A DNA stretch of 64,000 nt, taken from the NCBI RefSeq assembly GCF_009914755.1, contig NC_060932.1, one strand, 5' to 3'. A model generated the notes under the pieces. It was not told the DNA's origin, ran no database searches, and was given only the letters and a program-made list of their open reading frames with translations. The stretch comes from the human T2T-CHM13v2.0 reference genome, Homo sapiens. The position numbers were made by a program, and so were the translations under genes. Below, in pieces: positions 14,177-28,279 of this stretch (its first letter is position 1; each line of letters begins with the position of its first letter).

Positions 14177-14623
14177 TTGAGAAGGACAGTTTTCCATGGG
14201 TTTCTTGCACGTCTACAAGTCTTGCTGGGTATTTCAAGAATGCAAAGCCCTGGCTGACCTTTAGCCTGGCCATTTCTCAGGTTGTGTTTGCAGTGAGTAA
14301 CCTTGAGGAACTGAGTAAGGTCTCCCTCCAAGACAAAGAGTGGACGGACTTACTGTTTGATGTGACAGTGGTGTGTTCCCCAAGCTTAGTGCTCGTCAGA
14401 TGTGGCACAAACCCACTGCACGTAAAACATCCATCTGGGCCCCTCCATGCCAGCCCCATACACATTCAAGAAAAGGAGAACTGTCATATGCATGCCATGT
14501 CCTGAGTAATAAAGTCCCATGTCTCCGATCCAGGGGTCTCATGTCTGCTGCCAGCATCCATGAAACTGAAATAGGCTAACCTATTAGCTTACAAGGAGGG
14601 TAAAGGCAGATCCTAGACTTTAC
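14177..14623 (+). mobile_element. LTR47-like ERVL solo LTR
   Basis: GACAGTTTTCCATGGGTTTCTTGCAC start; AATAAAGTCCCATGTCTCCGATCCAGG poly(A)/R region; GCCAGCATCCATGAAACTG. Confidence 0.7.
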
Positions 14624-15148
14624 ATTGGTATTGAGATTTTTGGTGATTTTGTATAATATTTGATTTATTTTCGTAAACATTTCCGTGTTAAGAATTCACA
14701 CCTATGGTATTCTTTGTGGGCACCTGGCATCTTCATTAACCAGCAGACGGAGCCTGTGCTGATTAATTAGATGCAGGCAAGCTTTCTTTGTTTTACACAT
14801 GCCAGACACCTCACAGAAAAATCCACTTACAGTTATCACAATGCTGTTAGTACACAGAAAAAATGTAGGACATGATAGTAGCATCCTTTACTTGGGCTTC
14901 AGAGCATAGAAGGTAAAAATATTACGTTTTCCGAGGGGACCTCCCAGGTAGGAGGAAGTTCGGGAATGTGCATTACCACTCTAAAAGCACTTGAAAGGAA
15001 TATTTTCTAAATAAAGAATTACTCTGAAGTTGCTAGCACTGGATCTTGTGAAAGGAGAGCTCCTGAATATAATAACATATTTGTCTTTGGAACTCTAGAA
15101 CTTTCTCTTTCGTTTACATCATGTATGTTATTAGGGAATAAGGTCCTC

Positions 15149-15284
15149 AGCTGGTTGTGGTGGTGTGTGCCTGTAGTCTGTTACTCAGGAGGCCTAGGTG
15201 GGAGGATTGCTTGAGCCCAGGAGTTCGAGTCCAGCCTGGGCAACATGGTGAGGCCCTGTCATTGCAAAAAAATAAAAATAAAAA
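15149..15284 (+). mobile_element. FLAM (free left Alu monomer)
   Basis: Single monomer GGAGGATTGCTTGAGCCCAGGAGTTCGAG...CCTGGGCAACATGG with an A-rich tail. Confidence 0.85.
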
Positions 15285-15764
15285 TGGAAAGGAAGTCTTA
15301 CCTTGGAAATGATCTGATGTTTACTATGCTTAAAAACTGTGTGTCCGTCAAGTGCCTGAGGAAGTGCACACGCAGGTCATGTGACTTTACTTTAACATCC
15401 TCATGTTTGTACTTTCACCCACCACAATTTTAGGTGCACACAGACAAGTCCAGAGCTGACCACCTGCCTGCAGCTGGGCCAATTTCCCTGAACAAGTCTT
15501 AGCATCAGTACTTGATGAGCTCCAAGCCTCCTGTTTGTTTATAAAATAAAGCTCCTCTTGCTCATTTTGCCTTTGGGTGGAAGCACAAAACATTCTTTAA
15601 AATAAAGGAAAGAAATTTAAGAATAATTCAAAATTGCATTTTAAGGATTGTCACATGGTAGAAAACCAAATAGAAAACTATTAGTGATAAGATGGCAATA
15701 ATGAAAAATATTTAATAATGTCTGTTGTAATTTGAATGTTGTTTTATTATTATTATTTTATTTT

Positions 15765-15865
15765 AATATGGAGCTCTTCATGAATTTGCGTGTCATCCTT
15801 GCACAGAAGCCATGCTGATCTCTCCAGCATTCCAGTTTTAGTGTATGTGCTGCTGAAGCAAGCAT
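15765..15865 (-). pseudogene. RNU6 (pseudogene): U6 snRNA retropseudogene, near full length
   Basis: Reverse complement reads ATGCTTGCTTCAGCAGCACATACACTAAAACTGGAATG...CAGCATGGC...CAAGGATGACACGCAAATTCATGAAG...CCATATT. Decayed A-tail at 15741-15764. Imperfect TSD GTAATTTGAA (15727) / GTAACTTGAA (15866). Confidence 0.95.
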
Positions 15866-15869
15866 GTAA

Positions 15870-16247
<378 letters not shown>

Positions 16248-16519
16248 CTGATTTTTTTTTACTTCTATTTCACAGTGACATGACTTGGTGGATTTGAAAA
16301 AGTGATCCCTGTACTGGAGTGTTTTTCATTTCATCACTAGCTTTAATTTTTAATTTTTAAAAAAGTTTCTTGGAATAGGTATCTTGCTTAGAAACATATC
16401 AGAGAACTTAAATGGTAGAAGAATAAGAGTGGTGAGGAAAAGAAAAAGGCTGTTTTTCAAATACAGTCGGGCTTTAAGGCAGTCTGTGCTCTTGGAAGAA
16501 GTTTTGTAAGAGGAAGTGA

Positions 16520-16894
<375 letters not shown>

Positions 16895-17667
16895 ATGCCT
16901 AGTTTTTAAAGGAATACTTTAAATACCCCTTTGATTCAACTGCAAGTGTATGGTGTGGCACTTCTGAGGCACATGCAAATTGGTGAAGGAGGGCAGCTGG
17001 TTGCACATTATTTATTACTTGATTTATGCAAGAGAGCCCCTGAAATGGGGGCAGATAAGATTGGAAGATCCTTGAGAAGGTCTGGTCTCAATCTAGGAAC
17101 TTTAGAAAACCTCGGGTGCGGTTGACGAATGGTCTAGCCAAGGAGTGCGCCATGTGGCCCGAAGGAAGAGTACTGAGGCTCCATGATGCCTGGGCTGCTC
17201 AATGGTGGGCAGAGCTGAGAATGAACCATTGGAGAGGAGTGACATCAGCAGGATGGAGGACCAGTGCTCCCCATGTGTATCCCCCCACAGCAGCCGCCCA
17301 CAGTCAAAAGTGCCTCTGTGGGAACTTTGGGATCTAGATGGGAATTGCAAAACCCCAGTGGAGTCCAAGACTGAGCAAAGCCATTTTAGGAAGACAGAAC
17401 CAGGTGGCAGCTTGCTGATGGTGGTCCCAGCCACACACTTGGGAACAGTCCTGTCTCCCTGTAAACTTACCTTGATCCTGCAACTGGCACCATCTGCCAA
17501 GCCAGGGATGTGGGAAGAGCCATGCCCACCTGTACTTCCAGTAGCAGGCCCACCCAGCTCAGTCCAGGCTGTGGATGGTGAAGCAGCCAGTGACGCAGTT
17601 CCATCTCCTCTCAGCTGGGGTCTGGGAGCAGCACTGTCTACCAAGGGACGTGGTGGGAGACACATTC

Positions 17668-20410
17668 ACTTGAACAATGGAAATACAACGCACCAAAACT
17701 CGCGGGATACAGCAGAAGCAGTTCTAAGAGGGAAGTTTATAGTGATAAATGCCTGCACGAATAAAAGAGAAAGATCTCAATTAAACAACTTAACTTTACA
17801 CCTCAAGAAATTAGAAAAAGAAGGATTAACTAAACCCAAACTTAGAAGGAGGGTAGTAATAAAGACTAAAGCAGAAGTAAATGAAAGAGAGACAAGAAAG
17901 ACAACTGAAAACCAGTGTAACAAACCTGCACATCCTGCACATGTACCCCTGAACTTAAAAGTTAAAAAAAGAAAAGATCAACAAAACTAAGAGTTAATGT
18001 TTCTTGAAAGGATCAACTAAATTGACAGACCTTTAGCTAGACTAAGAGAAAAAAGAGAGATGACTCAAATAAAAAAAGAGAGAGGGCTCAAATAAAATAA
18101 TAAATTAAAGAGAAGACATTACAGTTGATACTATAGAAAGAAATACAAAGGACTATGAGACACTACGATAAATAATTATACTCCAGCAAATGGAGAAGCC
18201 CAAAAGAAATGGATAAATTCCTAGAAACAGACAAGCTACCAAGACTGAACCAGGAAGAAATAGAGAATCTGAACAAACCTATAACTAGTAAGGAGACTGA
18301 ATTAGTAATCAAAAACCTTTCAACCAAGAAAAGCTCAGGACTAGGTGGCACCACTGGTGAATTCTACCAAACATTTAAAGAAGAACTAATACCAATTCCC
18401 AAAATCTCCCAAAAAATGGAAGAGGAGGGAACATCTTTAGACTCATTTAATGAAGCCGGTATTTCCCTGATACCAAAGACAGATAAGGACACAATGAGAA
18501 AAGAAAACTACAGGCCAATATTCCTGGTGAACATAGATGCAAAAATTCTCCACAAAATACTAGCTAACAGAATTCAATAGCACATTACCGGAATCATACA
18601 CCATGAAGAAGTGGGATTTATCCCTGGGATGCAAGAATGGTTCAACATATGCAATACCATTTCCTGAAGCTTTTCCTGTAAGATCAGGAGCAAGGATACC
18701 CACCCTCACCACTTGTTTTTAAGATAGTACCAGAAATTCTAGCTAGAGCAATTAGCTAAGAAAAAGAAATAAAAGACATCCAAACTGAAAAGGAGTAAGC
18801 TACACTGTCTCTGTTTGCAGATGACATGATCTCACCCATAGAAACATCCTAAAGTCTCTATCAAAAAACTGTTAGAACTAATAAGCAGATTCAGTAAAGT
18901 TATACAATACAAAGCAATGTCCAAAAATCAGTTGCATTTCTATACACTAAAAGTGACTAATCAAAAAGACATTTAGAAAACAATCTTATTTACAATAACA
19001 TCAAAAAGAAGAAAGTACTTAGAAATACATTTAACCAAGGAGATGAAAGATCTGTACACTGAAAAACTATAAGACATTAATGAAATAAATTGAAGAAGTC
19101 ACAAATAAATGAAAAGATAGCATATATTCATGGAAAAGAAGCATTAATGTTGAAATGTCCATACTACCCACAATAATCTATAGATTTAATGAAATTCCTA
19201 TCAAAATTTCAATAACATATTTCACAGAAATAGGAAAAAACATTCTAAAATTTTTCTGAAACCTCAAAAGACTCTGAATAGCCAAAGCAATTTTGAGTAA
19301 GAAGAACAAGGCTGGGAGCATCACACGTCCTACGGTCAAACTATATTACAAAGCTATAGTAATCAAAACAGTATGGTACTGGCATAAAAACAGACACATA
19401 GAACAACGGAACAGAATAGAGTCCAGAAATAAATCTACAGCCATTACATGGCTTTGACAAGGGCACCATGAAGACACAATGGGGAAAGGATATTCTCTTC
19501 AATAAATGGTGTTGGGAAAACTGGATATCCATATGCAGAAGAATGAAATTAGACCCTTATCCTGCATCACACGTAAAAATAACTCAAAGTGGATTAAAAG
19601 ACTTAAACATAAGACCTGAAACATAAAACTCCTAGAAGAAAACATAGGAAAAATGTCCTTGACATTGGTCTTGGCAATGAGTTTTTTGAATGTGACAACA
19701 AAAGCACAGATTACAAAGAACAAAAATCGGCAAATGGAATTACATCAAAATAAACGCTTCTGCATAGCAAACAACCAACAAAATGAAAAGATAACTTACA
19801 AAATAGAAGAAAATGTTGTTTGCAACCATGTATTTGATAAACAGTTAACATCTAAAATATATAAGAAACTCATACTACTCAATAGCTGAAAACCAGATAA
19901 TTTGATTAAAAATAGGCAAAAGACCTGAATAGACATCTCTCCAAAGAAACATACAAATGTCCAACAGATATATGAAAAGGTGCTTGGCAACACTAATGGT
20001 GAGGAAAATGCAAATCAAACCCACAATGAGATAAAGACAAGAGATAATAAGTGCTGGCGAAATGTTAATTGTTACATCCATTATGGAAAATGATATGGAG
20101 TTTCCTCAAAGATTAAACATGGAACTACCAAATGACCTGGCAATCCCACTTTTGGGTTTATATCCAAAGGAAATGAAATCTGTATGTGGAAGAGATATCT
20201 TTACTCCCATGTTCATTACAGCACTATTCACAATAGCAAAGATATGGAAACAACCTAAATGTTTGTCAGTGGATGCATGGATAAAGAAAATGTGGTATAT
20301 ATACACAGTGGAATATTACTCAGCTGTAGCAAAGGAAAATCCTCATGGATGATCCTGGAGGACATTATGTTAAGTAAGATAAACTGGACACAGAAAAAGA
20401 AATACTAATG
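17668..20410 (+). mobile_element. L1MA/MB-age LINE-1 fragment (ORF2 to 3'UTR) with internal deletions
   Basis: ORF2 peptides MDKFLETDKLPRLNQEEIENLN...ENYRPIFLVNIDAKIL and [18 protein letters not shown]; RT-region deletion at ~18655. Confidence 0.92.
17912..17970 (+). mobile_element. Extremely 5'-truncated L1PA 3' tail (~59 bp) inside the older L1
   Basis: GTAACAAACCTGCACATCCTGCACATGTACCCCTGAACTTAAAAGTT plus A-tail; GAAAA repeated at 17907-17911 and 17971-17975. Confidence 0.8.
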
Positions 20411-21649
20411 ATCTAAGTAGTAGATCCAATACTAGCAGTAGTACTCTATTAGCTTATTAGTAGTACCCAAAGGACATACACTTAGGTAATGTTATTTGCG
20501 ATTAGATGTTTTCTCTTCACCTCTCTCTCCAGCATTTTTCACTCCTCCTGTTCTTGTGATCCAAAATATATGTTTCTTTGAAAGTGGAAATTGTGTAACA
20601 GAAGTGTGGCTTTTGTATTTTATCCTTAGCTGTTTTCCATGAAACACATGAATGTAACGTTTTGACTTTCAGAAAAAGAGAGGTGAAAGCAAAATGAAAT
20701 GATTTTAAGGTGTGCCAGGCAGTCAGGGACAGAGGGAACTTTTCCTTCTAGACTGTGTCCAGGCAGGCTCTGGAGGCTGTTCTGCAGCTAGCTGAGGCGA
20801 GACTGAGTTTCAGATCAATCTGGCACTTGAAGTCTGAGCTGGGTTAGTTCAGGGGCAAGATTGCCCACGAGCTACCGCCATCCATGCTGGGAGGGTCTCC
20901 TAAGCCTGTCCTGCAGCCCAGCTACCACGCCTGTGCTGACCCATGAACGACACGTCAGGCACCACAGAGTCCTATTCATAAGCTCGTGTTTTTGGAAGAA
21001 AGGTCCAGAGTCTCTAAAAATGAGCAGTGAGACAGTGACATCATAATGGTATTTATTATTTCAGGTTAGACTGGCATCTACTAAATCATTACGGCCACAG
21101 GTAGGTTTTTCCACTGAGAAAAGCCTTCTTTTTCCCTCTAAAGCTGGATTACTGGGAGGCTGAGCACGCACGCTCCCTCGGGGTGCCAGCCTGGGTGGAG
21201 TAAAGGCCCAAAAGATTCCCGCTTCATTTTATTTCCACACATTCCCCACCCTAGAAGTTGAGTAGATTAATTTTTATGGGGCACAGACTGGGCAAGGCTC
21301 AGACACAGGCCCTCCTCTTGCCACCTCCACTGCGTGAGTGGGACCTGCAGACCGTCTCAGGACACCCTGCTCCCAAATGCCTCTTTTTGGGCCTGAAATT
21401 CCCATTTTACTTAAACCTTTAAGTTCAGGCTTTCAAGGACCCTATTAACACAGATTTTCAATTTATTTGGAATACAAAACAAATAAGATTATTAGCATTT
21501 TATCATGGATTAATTTATCCTATTACCCTAGCCTAGAAAGGCCCGGGAGAACGAGACTGATAAATTTAGGTGGGGAAGGAAAGGGATGAAAAAGAGCCAG
21601 TGAATACAGGACTCTGCCTAGGCAATGTTTAGTGTGCCTACTGGTGGAG

Positions 21650-21840
21650 ATGTGTGTGCACGTGTGCATGAGCATACGTGTGTGCATCTGTGAATGTGTG
21701 TGGATGCATATGTGTGCTATGCACATGCATGCAAGTGCACATATGCACATGTACCTGTATGTGCTGCACACGTGTGCATGTATGTGTGTGCACACATGCA
21801 CGTGTATGCATATGTGTGTGTGTATATGTGTATGTACAGA
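21650..21840. repeat. Degenerate (TG/CA/TA) alternating purine-pyrimidine tract
   Basis: TGTGTGCACGTGTGCATG...GCACATGCATGCAAGTGCACATATGCACATG. Confidence 0.9.
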
Positions 21841-22049
21841 GTAGATGAGGTGGGAGTGGATGGGAGATAGAAGTAGTACCAGGCTACAAAATCATCTAGA
21901 TGGATATTAGGACTTGAGGAATTAAATATATACATGCATATATATACATTCATCCCAACCTAAGTGGACTTCTAAACAAAATCCAGAAAGTAAGATAGTG
22001 CTTAAGAGCTATCTTAAGCTGGCTCTTAAGATAATCTTAGTGATCTTAG

Positions 22050-22375
<326 letters not shown>

Positions 22376-23374
22376 CCCATGTTGCATTTTAGATATGAAA
22401 AAATTCCGAGGGATCTGGGCACTTAAGAAGTCTCTGTTTCTTTCCTATTGAGTGAAAGGTGACCTTGGCTTGGGGATGCCCCAGAAACACAACTCCCTGG
22501 GGCTCCATCAGCCAGCCTGGGGTCTGCTAAGGAGAATTTTCCTTTCTCCTTGGGCTGTGGTTTTCCTTACATTCATGGTTTCTTTCCCAGTCTGGCAGCA
22601 GCTGCATCATTAAACTAATCTGGCGCCTGAAAAGAAGGATAACTCTCTGTGGAGATTAATGATAATGCACTTAAATTTACATAACACGTCAAGTCCAGAA
22701 GGATCCCAAAGTGCCGTGTAAACCTCCTAGAAGGGCTGAGATGCAACAGGTTTCCTCTGCAACCTCACAGAGCCGGGCAGGTGGAGCAGGAAGGCAGTTC
22801 AGCTTCTGTTTCCTAACGATGCTAGCTGTGGTAGTGCAACTTCAGGCTGAATGGTCAGGAAGAACAAAATGCTTGACAGACTTTTGTGTGGATGTTAAGC
22901 TTTTGCAACACTCAGCTCAGCCACTTAGAAGAAATGGTTTTACATCAGTTTTGCAGAAAAGGATTGGAAGCTCAAAGTGATGAGACCCCTAGAGTTCCAA
23001 AGCAGGAGACGTCCCAGACTAGGCTCAGTGAAAGGAAGGGTGTGGCCAGCTGAGCGATGAAGTCTTGGGGCAGGGAGGAGGGACTGGCAGGGAACCCCAC
23101 TGCATGCCCCCTCCCTGGCTCCTCTGCTTCAGGCACATGCCTTTTTGCTGTTTCCCCAACTCACAGAGTTGGGACGTTGCATGGCTGTCTCCTGTGCTTG
23201 GAATTGCCCTTGCTGCAGGCTCACTCCTGCATTTCACTCAGGTGACTTGCCAGATGTCAGGTGGGCAGGGAGCATGCCCCTGACCCCTAGCCACAGCCTC
23301 TGCCTCCAGGCACAGCCAGTGCCCTTCCCTGCACTCTTTCTCATCAGAGTGTGTGCCTATCTGAAATTATAGTC

Positions 23375-23675
23375 TTTTTTTTTTTTTTGAGATGAAGTCT
23401 CACTCTATCCCCCAGGCTAGAGTGCTGTGGCGCGATCTCACTCAGCTCACTGCAACCTCCATCTCCCAGGTCCAAGCAATTGTCCTCTCTCAGTCTCCTG
23501 AGTGGCTGGGATTACAAGCATGCGCCACCACGCCCGACTAATTTTTTGTATTTTTAGTAGAGACGGGGTTTCACCATGTTGGCCAGGCTGGTCTTGAACT
23601 CTTAACCCCAGGCGATCCACTCGCCTCAGCCTCCCAAAGTGCTGGGATTACAGGCATGAGCCACCGCACCCAGCC
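23375..23675 (-). mobile_element. AluS SINE inserted in an L2-like fragment
   Basis: Full dimer; TSD TATAGTCT at 23368-23375 and 23676-23683. Confidence 0.95.
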
Positions 23676-26600
23676 TATAGTCTGTTTTTAATCTGTGCAC
23701 TGCTTATTGTCAGTCTCCCCAACAAGAATATAAGCAACATGAGTTGGGGCTGTTGTTCCATTCTCTGCTGTATCCTTCAAGGCTAAGGCAGGGCCTGAGA
23801 CCCAGCAGGCACACTATCACACCTCAGGCTGCAGGAAAGTGTGCAGCGCCCGCAACCTTGCATCACTCCCCTGCAGGCGGGGGCTTGGCATGGTGTGCAA
23901 CGTCCCTGCTTGCTTTGGGTAGACAGCACCCAGTGTGTGTCCAGATCCAGACCACATGACACTCCGTCCAGTGGCTTGTGCAGAGTGGACATTTTGTGGA
24001 ATTACATGAAATTTGTCATTCAGAAAGGCCTCTGCTTAGGTCAGCACATTTCTGATACATTGGATGCTAGGAAGGTGGAAGTTTTTCTTTCCCTCTTCCT
24101 GTTCAAAAGGGGGTTTGGCGTGTGCTAGGGTGGATTGAAACAGCTTAGTCTCTCTGGCTTTTTCCAAAAGAAGACAGTGGAGTTGATGGGATTGAGTAGC
24201 TCCTTGGGTCAACTCTAAATGAAGGCAGAACTCTACCGAACAGTGTCCATCCCTGCCTTCAGGAACCCTACAACATTTGGACAACAGATACAGCGGCCAG
24301 AGGCCACAGGACAAGCACAGGTGTGAGGTGTGAAATGGTGCAGTGTGTGGAAGGTCCCCAGTTGGCTGGAGTTCACTGGTGGAGGGAAAGGGAAGGGATG
24401 TTCCAGGCTGAGGGAACAGCAAGAGCAGAACTGGATTCAAAGAGGATGTGGGTGGGGAGCAGGGAGGAGCTCTCAATGTCTGGAGTTGGAGCCTGGGGGA
24501 GGATCCAGCTCTGCCCTGGGAGATGATCTCATTAGCTAAGCAGGACCAGGCCTGGGCCAGCATTTATAAGGAAGACCTCCCAGGAAAACCAGGGTATGGC
24601 AGGGATTGATGCTGGTGATTCATTGAGTGGCAAATCTTTCTTTAGAGTCATTTCCGAATTGATGTTCCAGGACTGTGTCTGTAAATGTGTGCTTGTGTGT
24701 GTCAAGGAGAATAGCTCAGACTCTTTTTGCATCAAGGGGAATTGAACACGCAGATATGTCCCAGCCCTGGGAGGTCTTTCAGAGGCCAAGGGCTGAGTGC
24801 AGTGGGATGCTCTGTACAAATAAAACTCTTCTAAGCAAAGTAAGGGTGTCCAGTTCTCCTCAGGACAGTGTGGGTCTGTGCTAGCAGCTGTCCACGGGCA
24901 AAGGGTGTGCTGGACCAGGGAGCTGAGGCTCACTCAGAGGACACAGGCAGTGGGGAGTGCCCTGCTGACAGTCACTGTGACCCCAGTGTGACTCCCCGGC
25001 CAAAGCATCCCTCTGTAACCTGTACTATTCTTGTCTCTGCTAACCCCAGAACTGAGCTCAGCACAGGGTCAGAGCACACTTTCTGTGTTAAATAAAGGTA
25101 TTTCTTAATTACTTTAGTCAATGTGGTAACGGCTTCATGAGGAAAGCTCTGTGTGCCTCTTCGTCGGGCTGCTCTGTCCTCGGGCCTGGCTGCCATGCTT
25201 CTCATCCTGGACACGTGGCTCCTAGGGCTGGCACAGCATGTGTGCCGCATGCCCCGCCGCTCATTGGGTGGCAGTGCACAGGCACCCACCCCGCCTGGGC
25301 CATGAGCCTGACCCCGGGTTTGTTCTCAGCACCAGGGTGACTGTGGGGGGTGGGGTGGGAAGAGGCGAGATCCAAGAGACATTGGTCTCGAAGGCCTTAC
25401 AGACTTTGTTCTCTCTAGGCAACCATAACCTCCGGAGAGGGATCCAGAGGCAAACTCAATTGGTCCTGTCTTTAGTCAGGCAGGCTTTTCTGAGTTTTTT
25501 TTGTTTGTTTGTTTTTTCTCTCTTACATAGAGACAGGTTCTTACTATTTTATTATGAAATAGTTTGATGTGCTCATTGCTGGTAGGCTTGTAACTAAGAC
25601 TCATAGACTCACAGTAAGTTTTAGAATGATTTAAAAAATAATTCTCGGTTACTGGTTGTAGGATGCTGCCGGTCGTTAAGGAGTATGGGAATTTGCTTGG
25701 CATTCCACAGTGACTCTTTTCTTCTTTAAGATAATCAGCCCTCAAAACAGAAATGGAGAAAACTCAGCATCAGAACACATTCATATCCAATCATAAATAG
25801 GTCAGTTCACTGACACACATAAAAGGTTTCCCTGGGACATTACTTTGTTGTGGATAGGTGCAGGAATTCTACAATTCACTGCATAATTTTCACTCTGATT
25901 TTAATATGCCAACTATGCATAAGTCACATAAGTGAGTTGGTAGTTAAAAAAATGAGTTTTCTACATTTCTTGACTTTCTATGTTTGGATTATAAATGATG
26001 TGATGAATATTCTTACCCATATGGAGAAATATCAAGAATTCTCCATGTGTTAACTGAGCAAATGTATCTAAACTTTCTGGCACACCGAAGTCATAAATCT
26101 CTTTGGAAATGTAGACTACATGAAGCCTTGTACTTAAGGATCCAATTCTATTTCTGCACTTTTATTCAATATTGTGACTTTGTGGAGGCTGAAGGTACAC
26201 CCTCCCTTGTTATCTCTGCCAGATTCCTGGCAGCTGCACTTAGGCAAGCTGGCCAGTACAGGGAGGAGTCCCCTAAATTACAAAACGCAGTGCTTGTCAT
26301 CTGAGAAGAATGAAGCACCCCCAGTCCGCTGACTGATTGCTAATCATCCCCTACACTAGCTTTATGAGCAGCCGATTCCTTCCTGTGTGGTTATCTTCGA
26401 CCTGCCCATGCCTGCGCGCTGACTCTCACCTCTCCGACCTGCTCCAGCGGAAGGTTCTCTGCCCCGGGCAAAGCTATTTGAGCAGGCCAAGAGTTGAAGA
26501 AAAATACCAGACCAAACCAGCTCCTCCAGCATGAAAGACAAAAGCAAGAAAAGCAAGGTGCAGGTGGGGCCTATCCGATCCTTTTTCTTAATACTTGTCG

Positions 26601-26699
26601 GAAACCTCTAGTTTGTTGAGGCTACATGTAGCATGCTCTGAATTTCTTACCCTGCTTCCAACACATTAAAAATGTGTATTTATTAAGTTAAATACCATC

Positions 26700-27090
26700 T
26701 AGGGCCACTAGATGTCACTGCCTTCAATCTGTTCCACAAACTGCCACTTGCTGGGAGCTGAGAAGCCGGCCAGACATTTCAGTGCAGGAAGAGCCCTCGC
26801 GGCGACAACCGCGAAGAGGACTTCCCGCGAGTGCGTGGGGCTAGAAGCACTTCCAGTGATTCTTTGCAAGGTTCAAAGTGAAAGTGAACAGACCAGTCAA
26901 AGGGAGCTCGCGTTCAGGTTCCTGTTATTCGGACTATGCTGGGCCGGGAAGGGCGCACGGAACGGGACCTATGGCCTACAGACTCACCGCGCCCTCCGTC
27001 CCCGCCCACGCCTAGGGTACCATCTGCCCGCCTGTGCTCTGCGCTGAGTGCCCAGCCAGCCGCAACCCCACAGATGACCACGACGTTGAC
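26700..27090. promoter_or_regulatory. Small CpG-rich element (candidate enhancer/promoter)
   Basis: About 25 CpGs in ~330 bp by eye. CTCF-like CCACTAGATGTCAC (26705-26718), IRF/PRDM1-type AAAGTGAAAGTGAA (26875-26888), GC box CCCCGCCC (27000-27007), EGR consensus CGCCCACGC (27003-27011). Confidence 0.55.
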
Positions 27091-28279
27091 CTGCCTGTTT
27101 CCACTTTGCAGGAAAGGAGACAGAGTGAGGAGGCCAGCAACAGGCACAAGAGCTCCTTTTTGACGTGGGATCAGGGAGGCCCCAGGTGGTGGCCGCAGAG
27201 GAGCTGTATTCACCCTGCCTCCTAGTTGGGGCACCACACTAGTTCCAAATGGGGGAAACTAGGGCAAGACTGGAGCTAAAGGAGCAGGGAAACCTTTGAA
27301 TCCATAACGAATGCTACACAACTTCCAGAGGCACATGGCCCAACAGAAAAGCCTCAGATGGAGTAACATCTAAAAGGACTGAGTATTTGGAAACGTGTTC
27401 CTTTGGGGCAAAGATGACACCTCCTAGGTTGATGCGTGATTGGCATCAGCCAGGGCCTGAATTTATGTTTCTTATAATGGTTTTATAGTTCTTGATTAAA
27501 TTGTGCATTTTCTTTTTGCACTGTTCCGCAGTTTTAATATTCATTCCCATTGTAGCTGGACATACTCATCTGCAGTTCAGTTCACAACAGAAATGATAAT
27601 TTGTGTAGGAGGGATGACAGCCCAAAATAGCCCATTTTCTATAATCCAGCTGTAGTTAGAAGGGGCAGAACACTCTAGGATGCCTAGAAGAAAGAGGGTA
27701 ACAATAAAATAGCAGGTTCTACTTTTTGTTTGTACCAGTGAGTTCAAGAGCACTTGTTACTGAGGGAGACTCTCCTGTGGCTGGGCTTGGAGGCCTGTCG
27801 ATTTCCTGTTTCTGAGCTCAGGCTTTTCTGATGGGGAAAAGCCTGTCAGCATCATATAGAGGACAGTATGGCTATTTCCCTTGTGAGTAAGCCTCTTTGC
27901 TAAGGGGAAAGTGGTCTTTTTCTTATACTGGCCTAGCTAGAAATAGAATGCCCCTGGGTGAATGAGAATTCCTTCCACTATGGGCACATTTGGACAGATT
28001 TCATCTTTTCTGTTTCTACTTGAAAGAATTCCCTGGATGACAGGATTCAAAGGTTTTCTCTATAGCGAGTGTTTGGGCTGCAGCTAAGATGGTACTAAGT
28101 GAACCAGTGCAGGGAGGATCTCACAGTGCGAAGGCAGATGTGAGCTAGGGCCTCGGCCTGGCGCAAGCTGCTGGAGTACTGTGCACTGGTGAGGTCCAGA
28201 AAATTGGGGAGGTCTCAATATGGGAAAAGGCAGGCAAAAAGAGAAGTATTGTCAACCAGATCCTCAAAGTAAACCTGGA

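Noticed and set aside
17202-17990. 262-aa ORF as a novel gene
   Set aside because: It is a chimera of ~155 codons of featureless unique sequence, decayed L1 ORF2 and an inserted L1PA tail, with no supporting gene signals.
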